Of a DNA stretch of 64,000 nucleotides, positions 35,808-50,000 are shown one piece after another (within the stretch, counting starts at the first letter, position 1; each line of letters starts with the position of its first letter). The position numbers and the translations under genes are program-made. The stretch spans positions 62,001-126,000 of the forward strand of contig JAVKOQ020000030.1 of the NCBI GenBank assembly GCA_031835245.2. Direction: 5' to 3'. The notes beneath the pieces are model-generated. The model did not search any database. It saw only the letters and a list, made by a program, of their open reading frames with translations, and had not been told where the DNA came from. The stretch comes from Balamuthia mandrillaris. Taxonomy: Eukaryota.

Positions 35808-38243
35808 CTATATTTCGTTATTATAGATCTTTTGGCGTAGTTCTTTGAAGTAGTTGAGCATGAAATGGAGGTTGTGTAGCGTTGTGAGCATCAAGCCAAC
35901 GGGCTCATGAGCTCTATAAAGGTGATATATGTATCCCAAGGAATAATGTTGGCACCTGTGAATCGGCATTTGTAGATTGAAGAGAAGATATGTCAGAAAA
36001 AATACCAGCCATCAAAGGCAAGCACAGAGGAAAGGAAGAGAGAGAGAGAGAGAGAGAGAGAAGATACTAGCGAAGAGATAAACATAAAACGTACGTATAA
36101 CAAGTGCATCCAGGATCAATAGGTTCATCCACTCTATCCTTATTACCAGCCCGCAACACCGAAATCTTGCCCTCTTTTCTCGTGAACAACGTTCCATGCC
36201 GGCCCAGGCGAGTGGGATAGGCTGAGTCAAAAGTGTCGATACCCAATGGCGCCACGTCAGCAACGCTCTCCAGATCGCCGATGCCCAACAGGTGGCGAGG
36301 TAGGTGGTCGGGCAAAGTGGGAATCATCCATTGAAGAAGTTGGTGAAGATCCGATTTGTTTCTGCCAACACTTCCACCTTTTGAATTTAAAAAAATGACG
36401 AGAAGCCATAAGCGACAATAGATAAGAAGTGAGAGAAGACACAAAAAAAGGAAAAAAAAGAACGACAATAAAGAAAACGAGAAAGGAAATCGGTACCAAT
36501 GGCGATGCCATCAAAAGGCAAAGAGGTAAGATAGTTAATAGATAAGCTCCGCATGCCGCGATCCAAACCGCCGTGAAGCACGCAATACATGGCTTGATCT
36601 CGTGGATCCTTCAAGTGGGCTAACAATGATCTGCTCTCCCATCTGTACAAACATAGTTTTTCATCCTGTTATTTAAGAAGGAAGAGAAAGCAACGAAGGA
36701 AGAAGGAAGGGAGAAGAAGGAATGAGGCACCGATGCGTTCGATGCAAAGAAGCCAATAATCGGTCCGTGTCAGTGCAATCAAAGGGAGGCAGCTCATCAA
36801 ACGGGATGATGATATCAGCACCCAAAGCTTTCTGGACCTGAACGCTGGACTCTGGCGTCAATGTCACCATCTGACCATCCCGATAGGACTTGAACACAAC
36901 CCCTTCCTCTGAGATCTTCTTCACCATGCACTCGTAGCGATGCGGATGTTCTCCTTTCTTTCTTTTCTCTTTTTCAGGAGAAGATACATTCTTTCTTTGC
37001 TCTGGATCTCTGTTTTGTTGAAGTGATGTAGGGTTGGATGAGGAGTGTTCGTCTTTCGAGAGATATCGAGGCTCCATTACTTCTCGTTGTTCTTGAACTT
37101 GATTTTCTACGAACGAAGAAGAGGAAGGGGAAGATGAAGAAAAGGCAGAAGGATCAGAAGCATTGGCAGAAGGAGCGATGAGAGGTGCCATCATCGAAAA
37201 GACCTGAAAGCCACCAGAGTCAGTCATGATGGGGCCTCGATGGTTCATGAACTTGTGCAGCCCACCGGCTTTGGCCACTACCTCTGGCCCTGGATGAAGG
37301 AGGAGGTGGTAGGTGTTGGCGAACATGGCTTGAATGCCGCTCTCGTGGGCTTGCATGCTGGATACGTGCTTCAAGGAGGCGTTGGTTCCTACAGCCACAA
37401 ATCCTTTACGTTGTTGTTTGGTGTTAAGAAAACTGGAGAGAAGCAAAGAACCTGCAGCAAGGAGAAGGAGAAGGAGAAGGAGAAGGAGAAGGAGAAGGAG
37501 AAGGAGAAGGAGAAGGAGAAGGAGAAGGAGCAGAAGCAGAAGGAAGAAGGAGAAGGAGAAGGAGAAGGAGAAGGAGAAGGAGAAGGAGAAGGAGAAGGAG
37601 AAGGAGAAGGAGAAGCAGAAGCAGAAGGAGAAGCAGAAGCAGAAGCAGAAGCAGAAGGAGAAGGAGAAGGAAAGAACGGGAAAGAACGGGAAAGAACGGG
37701 AAAGAACGAAGGTAGAGAAGAGAAGATCGCAGCGAGAAGAATGAGGAGAGGAAGGAGTGCGTTACCCGGAGTGTCGATAACGCCATGGGGCGTGTGGATA
37801 CGACCCACCCTCGCGTTGGACTTGGTGGAGCGATGCAGCACCTCAAAGGAAAAGTAGGCAGAGGAGGAGTGCGAAGGAAAGGAGGCGGGAGCATAATGGT
37901 TCGGGTTGTCGCTGGTGGGCGGGGGTGGGGGATAGCGCCTCATGTCCACCTCCTCCAAGGAGAATGGTCTTCCCTCCGCGCTCTCATCTTCATAAATCTC
38001 TCTTTTGCGGCGGTCGAGCGCATCGGCGGCGTTCGATTCGATCGTCGTCGACGACGAGTGGTAGCTCGACTTGAAGCGTCGTTGAGGAAGAAGCAAAGAC
38101 AACGAGGATGACGCCCGATGTGCGTGACGCGAGGAGGGAGATAACGCGCCACCCAAGGCCCAAGGCGGCGGCAAGGCACCACCCCGCCGGCCGGAGAAGC
38201 CGCTTCCGTCCAAAGCGCGGTGGTAGCACGTCTTCTTTCGCAT
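35808..38243 (-). CDS. tgt: Queuine tRNA-ribosyltransferase (tRNA-guanine transglycosylase) with an N-terminal extension
   Basis: ARVGRIHTPHGVIDTP, NTYHLLLHPG, TDSGGFQVFS, LGADIIIPFDE, HLLGIG, GIDTFDSAYPTR, Zn motif CTCYTC...HN. Confidence 0.92.
37458..37670. repeat. (GAAGGA/GAAGCA)n intronic microsatellite
   Basis: Read directly from the sequence. Confidence 0.9.
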
Positions 38244-38500
38244 CTTTTTTTTTCTCTTCGTGTGAGAAACGAACGTTACGTCATGTTTTCCATAAATGAA
38301 ATATGTTGACGTCAATTTTTCCATAAAAGGAATTGATTTTACGTGTCGTTCTCTTAAAAAGGGAAGTCAAGATTGGTATTTCTGGCCACGTGCAAACAAA
38401 ATTTTTAAATTGTTGAAGTATAGTATATGTCCATTGAAAGCAGCTCGACTCTACATTTTAAACAAACAGTGGATGGTGGTGTTCTATGGATGTTTGGCAT

Positions 38501-41500
38501 TTATTCTGCGGTCAACGACCGAAGAATCTCCGCAAAGGTTGGCCTTTTCGTAATGCAAATCATGCGGTCAGAACGAGAGAAGGGGATGGGAAGCAAGGAA
38601 GGACGAACCGTTCAGCAGGAGAGAATGCCCAACAGGACAGCATCACGGTGCGAAGAATGGGAGGCGTGTCTTCTGGCGGCACCAACAGCGATGCCTTTTG
38701 TTGACAAACGCGAATGGCAGCGTTGACGGGGGACAAGCCATCATAAGGAACCGCTCCAAACGACGCTATCTCCCACAAACATACTCCAAAGCTTTTTTGG
38801 ATTAGAATAGAGATAAACGTAAACATTTTTAAAACAGGAGAGCATGACAGAGCGGAAAGCAAACCTCCAAACGTCTGACTTTTCAGAATAAACATGTTCT
38901 TCAATGGCCTCTGGTGCCATCCTGCATTTGTATCACAAAATATGAACAGTTTGTTTGTTAGACGCCTTTCGTTTGTTGCAAGAGGTAAGGTAAACAAACC
39001 ATTTGAGCGGTCCGACTTCTTTCGTTGTCTTTTGAATTCCTCCGATCTTCTCCATTTGTCTTGACATTCCAAAGTCTATCAACAATAGGTTTGCAATAGT
39101 GCGTTGTAAAAGAGCGTCAAAAAGAGAGGAGACTAAGAGAGAAAGCATACCAGCAACTTTGACTCGCAAGCGTTTGGTGAGAAGAAGATTTCTGGTGGCC
39201 AAATCGCGATGCGTTATTCCCTCTGAGTGCAGATGATGCATTCCACCTTTGTGTTTCAGAGAAGCGTTAAAAGAGGTGATAACAAAACGCGCAAAGCATA
39301 AACGAACTTGCAATATCGATGGCCCATCTGAACATGATGCCATGGTCGATCTTGGCGTGGTTGTTCAACAAGTAGCTGTTGAGGTCTCCCTGATGCATGA
39401 ACTCAGTCACAATGCAGAACGGTTTGTCCTCCTCACTCACAATGCCCAACAGTCGAATGACATTTCCGTGTGGGCGAACTGCTCTGTAGATGAGTTAAAA
39501 ACACGGCGCTGCGTAAGTATGAAACAACAAAAACAAAAGAAGAGTGTAACAGGACGAACTTGAGGGTCTGCGCTTCCAATTGAAGGTCGTTAAGCTGCTC
39601 TTCATCCATGGTGTGTAGTTTCTTGATGGCCACTGGAGAGTTCCTCCACATTCCTCTCCACACTTCGCCAGAGGCACTTTAACAAGAAACTCATCAACAC
39701 ACGAAAGGTCAAGAATGGAGGACAGTAAAGTACCCTTCGCCGATCTTTTCGATGAATCTCAGCTCGTCACATGCGATCTCCCATTGGTCTCTGACCTCCA
39801 TTTCTAGCCCCTCTTCGTCCGCATCGCTGTCTTCATCGGTGCGCTCACCGGATTCCAGTGCTTTAAACTGGGATGCAATATCCTCTTCTTTCGTCGCAGC
39901 GACCATCTGTAATCTTCTCCGTCTCCACCACACTCCGACTCCAATGGCAGTCATCAATACTAAGAGTAGCACTATCACAATCACAACGATTGGCACAATC
40001 ACTTTGGTCCGCTCGTCGTCACTGCTCTCTTCTTTATCTTCGTTGTTTGAACTTTCCTCTTCTGACGGTGTCAAGGAAAGGGTGAAAGAAGGGCTGCTGC
40101 TGTTCACCAAAGCATTCATGGCTGACTTAAGCATCAAAGTCACAGTTGGCTCTTCCTCTTGCTTCCTTTTCCCTCTCGCCTCTTCTACCCATGAGTGAGT
40201 CAGTCAGTTAAAACAGAACCAAAAAGGGAGAGAGATGACTGGTGAAACACAAACCAAACAATTCAGCAGGAACAAAGGCAGAGAGCTCAACAGAAGTGGA
40301 TGTCTGGTCTGGTTCAAACCTCAGAGGAGAAGAGGACAACACCACTACATCCTCCTCTGCAAGATTCGTTTCCACTTCAAACTCCACCTCAATGCCAAAC
40401 TTTGGTTTGGCTGACAGTTCCACCTCAAATGTGACCTTCAACTCCAGTGTTTGCTGTGTGCCTGGCTTGCTGTGCTCTTCCTCTTGTTCAACAAAAGTTG
40501 CTGCAGTGACAGTAATCCGAATGCCATCCATCACAAGAACGGTAAGACTCGCTACATAACATTGTTATAGGTTAAAACATGCGTCGAGAAAGTGAATGGC
40601 ACCAAAAAACATCAACCTCCTGAGCTATGTGCAAGGACAAGGTCCATAATGGAGTCGTCGTTGGCGTCAAGTACAGCAGCGGCCATGGCAGGGAAACCAG
40701 ACCCCACATTGTAATATGAATGTCCAGTAATGTTGCCGGTGTTGCCCAAAAACAAGAACCACACATGTCCTTTAAAAACAAGAGCGTCAGTACGTTGGTT
40801 GAAGAGCAAGGCAAAACAACATGAACAAAAGTACCGACCGTCCCCTTCTAGGTTAAGCACCAAATCAGGGAAATGGTCATTGTTGAAGTCAGCAGAAGAA
40901 AACCTTTCCTCTTCTGTCAAGGCCGCCTCGTTGCCCATGCTCTTTATCTTCCCTTCAAACCAACTGAAGCTGATCCTGGCCGGGTTATTGACGGCTTCCG
41001 AAGAGTGAACGCGAAAGTCTTTGACTCCGCCATCCGGTGTGAGAAACAAGATGAGTAGGTAGCCGTGCTTGCCTGATCGTGTTGTTACTGCCATGTCTGG
41101 TGTGTTGTCTCCATCCAAGTCGCCCAGCCCTGTTTGTATTTTGGACGCCCGTCTGATTATTAGAAACGACAGAACAAGAAGAAAAAGTGGTAGAACTCTT
41201 TTTAGAAGAAGAAGAAGAAGAAGAAGAAGAAGAAGAAGAAGAACAAGAACAAGAACAAGAACAAGAAGAACAAGAAGAAGAAGAACAAGAAGAAGAACAA
41301 GAACAAGAACAAAAAGAAGAACAAGAAGAAGAAGAAGAACAAGAAGAAGAAGCAGCAGCAGAAGTAGAAGAACAACAAGGAGATGAAGAAGAAGAAGAAG
41401 AAGAACAAGAAGCAGAAGAACAAGAATAACAATAAAGAAGTAATAGAGAAGGAAATACCTGTGATAGTGTTGGCAAAGTCGGACGCTTGAAATCCCAACT

Positions 41501-42424
41501 CATCCGGAGAAGCAAAAGCACGGGTAGAATTATCAGGAACGAGAGTAATGGTGCTGACGTTGAGCACGTCCAAACTGTCGTCCAAGAAAAGGATGTGAAC
41601 GGCTGTACCTTCATCTATTTGCCGTCGGTGGTCGCCCGTAACGGCGATGTCACCAACGCCGTTGTTGTCGATGTCACCGACATACCTGTTTGTTGTTTTG
41701 TTTTTATGGTTGTGAGACGGGGCGCCGTTGATGCTGTTACCAAGAAGACTTTGTAATAGGACGTACGTGACGGCGATTCCAAAGGCGTACTCGCTTGGCA
41801 GGGCCAAACCGGCGTTGTAGCGTTGTTGGAAAACAGGAAAACGGGACAACGGAGGCTGGTCAATGGCCAAGGTTATGAAGTGGGTGGTGTTGAAGAAGAA
41901 GTCCTCCGTCTGACTGCTTATGTACACTCTGTTTGGGCCTTTTTGGTCCGTTTCGTTAAACGTACAGTACAACGCGAATACAGCATAAAGCTTCAAAACA
42001 GATACTTACTCGCATCTTCTTCTTCTTCTCCAGTAACAGCTATTTCCAGCCGTCCATCTCCGTTCAAGTCCGTCAAAGGAGCTATCACAGCACCAACGGC
42101 TGGAATTTCAGCAAGGGATGAACTCCTGTTTCCCCAGGGGATGAACTCCTGTTGCTTCATCTCCTTCGTGGTGCCGTTGGCATGAAAGGAGAAATCATAC
42201 AAGGTGTTCCCGCGACACAAGGCGAGACGGGAGCCAGCAGAGGTAGGGTCGCTCTCTAAGGCGGCAAGCCCCGTCCCTGTCTGCTGCAGCTCCTTGTGCT
42301 GCAGCAGAAGCTTCTCCGCGACCAGGTAATTCCCCCATGCCACCTGGGCTTTAACCCCACCAGCCAGCACCGCCACCCACAACCACAACAACAACCACAA
42401 CGGCACTCTCCACGTCACCTTCAT
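38501..42424 (-). CDS. FG-GAP repeat receptor kinase, type A copy 1
   Basis: Signal peptide; DLNGDGRLEIAV, DIDNNGVGDIAV, DLDGDNTPDMAV, DFNNDHFPDLV; TM; IGEGASGEVW..VAIK..HRDLATRN..DFG..GPLKWMAPE. Confidence 0.85.
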
Positions 42425-42841
42425 CCGAACAGTTGTTCTCTTTCTTTGGTGCCTGCCGAGTCGCTGGTTGGTAGTTGCTCTGTCCGTTGTTCTTTGTGAT
42501 TCCAGGAATCTCTTCATACGTGCTATAATGAATTATGAGCAATTCCGCCGTTATAGCCACTCTTTAGATTTGTTTTCTTTATATGGGCTTTTTAAATAAG
42601 TTGAAATAGTGCTATTGGTGGTTCGGCCCACAATATGAACCGCTGTTTTTGCTTTTATGCGGGTTACCTATCATAACAGAACTTAAATTCCGTTAAGTGA
42701 GGAAGAGACAACCGACCGACACTCCCGTTCTTTCATATTTTAGAGGCGTCCTCTTTTGGGTTTTATTACAGTTCTCTTTCGTTCTTTTTGTTCAGAACAC
42801 CACAGTACCTGCACACACATACGAACAAACCCATCCACATT

Positions 42842-45800
42842 ATGCAGTCGCGCTTTGTTTGGGGACTGCTGCCGGTTCTCCTTCTGAGCCTCGCCCTGGC
42901 CGCCACAGGTAACCCCTTGTTAAGGGTCATAAAAAAATAACAAAAAACTAAACTCTGATATCCATTTTCATTTTTTTTTAAACAAAACGATGCCATAGTC
43001 CTTGGGCAGGCAGCGGGAGATGATATCTACAACAGGAACTATGGTATCGGGGACGTGCGCGGCATCGGCCCCGGCAGAAAAAACGGAATACCTGCAGATG
43101 AGGGTCTGTACTCATGGCCCCTGTCCCTCTGTTATCTTGGCCAAGTCGATGGTGACCTTCACGCCATCGCCTCTGGCCTTGGAGGCGCTGGTAACATTTG
43201 TCTCTCCTTTTTTTTTTCCTGTTGTTTGGCTCTCTTGTCTTTTTTCTCTAACATTTGTTTTGTGTGCAGACACTTCGGGTGGAATGCTGAAGCTACTCCT
43301 CAACGACTCCATCGAGGTGGACAGTTATGAGGTCATCGGTTCTCCCTATGAGGCCTACCATTTTTTTTATGGCTTCACGATCGTTTCCTTGACGGACCTT
43401 AACTCTGACGGCAAACTAGAAGTTGCAGTTGTGGCTCCCTCCGACCAAGGCAGCACCTATGGTTTGTTTTTCTTTGCCCTCGCATCTTTCCAGCCTTGTC
43501 TTTGTTCCGCCGCATCGCCTTTGACCTTTTATTAACATAACAAAACAGCGTATATCTACTCCATGAACTCGGACGGCAGTTTGGAGGACGAGCCTCGCCT
43601 TATGCTGTCTCCCACTGAACCTCCGTTGAACCAATTCTCTCCCTTCTCTGAGCTGGACTACTCGGAATGGTATAGGAATGGTGATGATGTTCCTCATGAC
43701 CTGACGTGCGTTCCTCTTGTTGCTTTCTTATTTGTCCAATATGCTTTCTTCTTATCTTGGTTATTCCTTTCCATCCATCTCGGTATGCAAGTTACTTGGG
43801 CGACTTGGATGGGGACGGCGTGGGGGAGATTGTGCTCAGCGGTCCGCGAAGGACGAACAATTACAGAGGTGAGATCTACGTGGTCTATATGAATGCTGAC
43901 CTCACCATCAAGGACGTGAAGACCATCACTTCCTGCCACAACTGTACGCCGGATTATCCGGACTACGGAGACGGCTACGATGGGGGCAGCAGTTGGTGGT
44001 TTGAACGAGAGGTTGATGTTGAAGACGAGATGCATCCCGACTCCATCTTTTTTGGCTCCAGTGTTACAGGTACCTGGTTTTTGTCTGCTCACATCTCATC
44101 TTTCTCTCTCATTCTAAGCCTCCACCCAATACACAGGACTTGGAGATCTGGATGGTGACAACATTCCTGATCTGGCAGTAGGAATGGAAGGAGCTTATTC
44201 CTTTCCCAAAGGCGCCATCTTTATTCTGTTCCTCAACAGCAACGCGACGGTCAAAGCCATGCAAGAGATCTCCATTTTTGAAGAGAGCTCTGGGTTGAAC
44301 CTTCCCTACACTGTTAGTCCTTATGGTGGGGTGGAAGTTATCATTGGAAACAGCACCTACTTTTGGTCTGGTTTTGGCGACCACATCCGAAACATCGGAA
44401 ACGAAGGAGCTCTGACGGAGGCCGAGCGGTTCGGTCCTTCCATGGACTGGAACCACGACCAAGTTCCTGATCTTCTTGTCACCTGGGGATTTCCAAGTAA
44501 GCCGCCTTCCTTGGTTGTCTTTAGCTTGTTCTAAGTCGCATTCGTCTTTCGTTTTTTGTTGTCCTTAGCATTTGTTTGGTTGATGTTGTTGAACCCGAAT
44601 GGAACTGTGAAGGGACTTGTGGACTTAACGACACCTGAGCTGTACGGAGAGAAAGTATCCCCTGCAGCTGACTTGAACGGTGATAACATCCCCGATTTCA
44701 TGATAACCAATTCTCATGCAAGTATGTGCCCCGCGTTCCTGTTTTCCTCTCTTGCTCGTTCTCTCTTGCTCACCCACTTTGTTAACATTCTCTTCTATCA
44801 GTTTCTGGAGGACCAGGCACAATAGACATTTTGTTGATGAGCTCCATCACTGTCAATGTGACTTCCACCTCCTTGAACCTCTCTTCCATTGATGCCAGAA
44901 AACGACAAAGCACAGGGTCAGCAAGCTTCCTGGTGGAGGTGTCCTCTGCACCATGGGAAGAGATCGTGGTTCCATTTTCAGTGGAGAGCACCTCTGGAAT
45001 CGACCCCAACACCATCAGCGTTTCTGTGGACAGTCCTTTGACCTTCCTCGGCGAGACCACCTCTGCAGTCATCGAAGTTACTTTCGAGTACCCAGAACAG
45101 TCAACAGAGGAAGAAGGGTTGCGAGTGGTGCTGGAGCAACCCAGGGGTGCGTATCTTCAACAAGGCCAAGGCTCATCCTTCCTTGTCGTGAATGAGGTCG
45201 AAGAATCACCCCTACAAGCAAAAGCAGAGGAGGATGACAAAGTTGGAGCAGAAGTGATCGCTCCAGTGGTGGTGGTGGGTGTGTTGCTGGTGGTTCTTGT
45301 GGTGGGCATCATTGTGGCAGTGCTGTTGGTCCGTTCTCGTCGTGCTCGCAAGAACATGGCCACTCGAGAGATGGACATGGAAGAAGGCCAAACCCATTAT
45401 TATCAAGCATCTGCCCTGGGCATGAAAGACAAAGCAGAGACCAAAAGAAGAAAATCCACCAAGAAGAACAATGACAAGGGAATGCAGAACTGGTTCATTA
45501 ACCGCAAAGAATTGGAGTTCATCGAAGAAATTGGACAAGGGTACGTTCTCTCGCTCTCTCTTTTTCTCCTCTTGATGCTCACTCAAATGTCATATATTAG
45601 CGCATTCGGAGTGGTGTGGAAAGGAGCATGGAGACAAACAGAAGTGGCCATCAAGAAGCTTCACACCATGGATGACGAACAGCTTGATAGCTTCCAACAT
45701 GAGGCACAACTCATGAGGTTCACCTCTCTCCGTAATGGTTTTTCAAAACAAAAACACTAAAAAAAACGTACATATACCCACAGAAACCTGAGACCACACC

Positions 45801-46777
45801 CGAATGTGGTGCAGCTGATGGGATTGGTGGAGGAGGATGGCATGCCGGAATGCATCGTGACGGAGTTCCTTGCCAACGGGGATCTCTTGTCTTATCTCCG
45901 CAAGCAAGACACCTTGCCACCGAAGAACTTGATTTCCATGGCCTTTGATGTCGCCGGTTTGTTGTTGTTGTTGTTTTTTCGTACGTGAGAGCTAATGAAT
46001 TTATTCTTCAAACCGATCAAAAATAAAGCTGGAATGGCTCATTTGCATGCAGAAGGAATCACGCACAGAGACTTGGCAGCCAGGAACCTGCTGATGACAG
46101 AAGACCTGAACATCAAAGTTTCAGGTAAACAACCCTTCCATTCTTCATTCAATCACCCATCTCGAATCTTACTAACCAACAACGGGATAATGCAGACTTT
46201 GGGTTGTCAAGAAAGCTGAAGCTGCAAGGAGCAGAGCAGAAGACCAAACAGGAAGTTGGCCCTTTGAAATGGTTCGCCTTTTTTTTTTTTGAATGTGCGT
46301 GTGTTTGTTTGCTCATCTCTGTTGTCTCCCATGAAACAGGATGTCTCCAGAAGCCATTCAAGAGAGCATTTACTCTGAAAAGTCCGACGTTTGGAGGTTT
46401 GTTTATTTTTCTTTTGTATTTGCACATCAAAGAAGCTAACATTGGAGTAACACAATGGCAGTTATGGCATCTGTTTGTGGGAGATCGTCACTTTGGGTGA
46501 AGAACCATTTGGTGATACCAGCGTAATGAAGGCTGCCGTCAAAATCTGCAATGAAGGCTGTTCGTATTTCTTCTTTCTTTCGTTGCTTCTTTGTTCGCAG
46601 CTTTCTCACTGCTGTTGTTCTCTTGTTCTTCGGACCAAAATAGGCAAGGCACTGCGCATTCCAAAAGGCACGCCAGAGGTCTTGAAGGAGATCATCTTGT
46701 CCTGTTGGCAGGTGGATCCCAAGGACAGACCCACTTTTGCTGAGATAACCAAAAAGTTGGAGTCAGCTTCGCTTTAA
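42842..46777 (+). CDS. FG-GAP repeat receptor kinase, type B copy 1
   Basis: MQSRF signal peptide; DLNSDGKLEVAV, DLDGDGVGEIV, DLDGDNIPDLAVG, DLNGDNIPDF; TM; IGQGAFGVVW..HRDLAARN..DFG..GPLKWMSPE. Confidence 0.85.
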
Positions 46778-46948
46778 AATTGGTAGCTCACCTGGACACT
46801 TGCAGTCGTTTGTAAATTATTTAGCAGTGGTTTTGATAATTAGTGTTTGCTGTGTTCCATTTGTTCCAACGAAAAAAAAAGTCAACACCGCTTTGTTGTT
46901 TCTTTGAGTGAGAAGAAAGAGAGAGGTTAGAGAAGCAGAGGAGAGCGC

Positions 46949-46979
<31 letters not shown>

Positions 46980-47089
46980 CAAAGAGGAGAGGCAACTACA
47001 GAAGTGAGCTAGGAACAGATAAACACATGGAATCCAATTCTTTTTGCAGTTTACTAAAATATACAAAAGGAATGTTTCAGCATGGATTG

Positions 47090-50000
47090 CTATTCTTCTT
47101 TTAAAGATTGAAGTATATCCTCAAAAGTTGGCCTGAACGAACCACATCAAAACAACCAATCAGTTCTCACATTCATTTACATGAAGGGAGGTTAGAGAAT
47201 CAGAGGAGAGCAATGGCGAAGAAAGAAGAAGTAAGAAAATGATAGGAATCAAAGACGAACCGTTCAGCAGGAGAGAACGCCCAACAGGACAACATCACTG
47301 TGCGAAGAATGGGTGGTATGTCTTCTGGTGGCACCAACAGCGATGCCTTTTGTTGACAGACGCGAATGGCAGCATTGACGGGAGACAAGCCATCATAAGG
47401 AATGGCTCCGAACGATGCTATCTCCCACAAACATACTCCAAAGCTTTTTTTGGATCAGAATAAATAGATAAACAAAAACATTTTTAAAACTGCAGAGCAT
47501 AGCAGAGCGGAAAGCGAACCTCCAAACGTCTGACTTTTCAGAATAAACATGTTCTTCAATGGCCTCTGGAGCCATCCTGCATTTGTATCACATTGTCCTA
47601 TGAGATGCCAATACCTTCTATTTGTTACAAGAAAAAAGGTAAAAACAAACAAACCATTTGAGTGGTCCAACTTCTTTTGTTGTCTTTTGAATTCCTCCAA
47701 CCTTCTCCATCTGTCGTGACATCCCAAAGTCTGGTGTCGTTGTTTCAGTTGTATAACAGAAATAGGATGAGAGGAAACCGTGAGACAGTAATTAAAATGA
47801 AAGCGAAGAAAGTAGAGTGTTACCAGCAACTTTGACTTGCAAGCATTTGGTGAGAAGGAGGTTTCTGGTGGCCAAATCACGATGTGTTATCCCTTCTGAA
47901 TGCAGATGATGCATTCCACCTTTTTGTTTGTTTGTTACAACAAGAAGACAAAGAAGACATAAACCCAACAAGAAAAGCACAAACGAACTGGCAATATCAA
48001 CGGCCCATTTGAGCATGATATTATGGTTGATCTTGGCTTTGTTGTTCAACAAGTAGCTGTTGAGGTCTCCCTGATGCATGAACTCAGTCACAATGCAGAA
48101 TGGTTTGTCCTCTTCACTCACAATGCCCAACAGTCGAATGACGTTTCCATGTGGGCGCAAAGCTCTATCATGAGAACAAAATTGATTAAAAAACTGAAAA
48201 GAATGATGATGTTTGATAAAAAAAACAAACTTGAGGGTTTGAGCTTCCATCTGAAAGTCTTGAAGCTGCTCTTCATCCATGGTGTGTAGTTTCTTGATGG
48301 CCACTGGAGAGCTTCGCCACATTCCTCTCCACACTTCGCCAGAGGCACTAAAGTAAACCACAAAAGAAAAAATATGAACTAAACAGATAAGCATAATGAA
48401 AGTGAGGTGCATACCCTTCACCAATCTTTTCAATGAACTTCAATTCTTTGTACATGATGTCCCATTGGTCTCTGGCCTCTATCACGAAATCCTCTTCTTC
48501 CCCATCTTCATCATCGTTGAAATCACCCCCTTCTAGTGCTCCATACTGTGATGCAATCTCCATTTCTGCTTTTGTGGCAGCAACCATCCTCTGATTTCTT
48601 CGTCGTCGCCACCACAAACCAACTCCGATAGCAGTCATCAATGCCAACAGAACCACCACCACTGTCACAACGATTGGCACAATCACTCTAGTTTGATCTT
48701 GTTCAGCATTGCTTTCTTCTGTCTGGTCTTTACTTGACGAGCTTTCTTCTGGTTTTATCAATGCCAACGTGAAAGAAGGGTTGCTATTGTTCACCAAAGC
48801 ATTCATGGCTGACTTCAGCACCAAAGTCACAGTTGGCTCTTCCTCTTGCTTCCTTTTCCCTCTACCTTGCTCTGCCCAGAGTGGTTGGTTGGTTAAATTA
48901 GTCACAAAACTTAAATAAAAAAAAGAAACAAACACAAACCAAACAATTCAACAGGAACAAAGGCAGAGAGCTCAACAGAACTGGATGTCTGGTCTGGTTC
49001 AAACTTCAGAGGAGAAGAGGACAACACCACTACATCCTCCTCTGCAAGATTTGTTTCCACTTCAAACTCCACCTCAATGCCAAACTTTGGTTTGGCTGAC
49101 AGTTCCACCTCAAATGTGACCTTCAACTCCAGTGTTTGCTGTGTGCCTGGCTTGCTGTGCTCTTCCTCTTGTTCAACAAAAGTTGCTGCAGTGACAGTAA
49201 TCCGAATGCCATCCATCACAAGAGCACTAAGACGTCCTATTATATAAATAAAGTGTTCATTAATAATGAACCAGCAGTTTCAGATAGATAAGAGAAAACA
49301 CACTAACCTATTGTTCTACCAACTATAACTACATCTGGAATGCTGTCATCATTTACATCAGCCACAGCTGACGCTGTTGCATAATATTGACTCCCCAGCC
49401 CATAGTACATATTACCAGTAATGTTCCCCATATTATTTAAAAACAATATCCATACATCTCCTACATAACAGGAACAGGAAGAAGGAAAAAGATGAAGAAC
49501 AACAAGGACAAGAGTAAGGAAAAAAATAATAAAAACAGCATTAAATAGAGGACCTTCTTCAGCATAGTACAGCACTAAATCAGGGCAATGGTCATTGTTG
49601 AAGTCAGCCGAAGAAAACCGTTCCTCCTCTGTTAAGGCCGCCTCGTTGCCCATGTTCTTTATGCTGGCACCAAACCAGCCAAATTGGGTGGCAGTGGGCG
49701 TAGATGGGCTGTATGCAGCGTCCGAAGAGTGAACACGATAGTCTTTGATGCCACCATCCGGCGTGAGAAACAAGATGAACAAGTAGCCAATCATGTTTGT
49801 TCGTGCTGTTACTGCCATGTCTGGTGTGTTGTCTCCATCCAAGTCACCCAGTCCTGTCGGTGTTTTTCACGCCAACAAAAGATCAGAACATTATCATGGC
49901 GCCACAACAAGGGTGAACATCAGTGGACTGAGGATGAACAAAGAATAACAAAGTAGAAGAAGAACAAGAAGAACAAAGATGAAGAATGAACAATGAAGAA

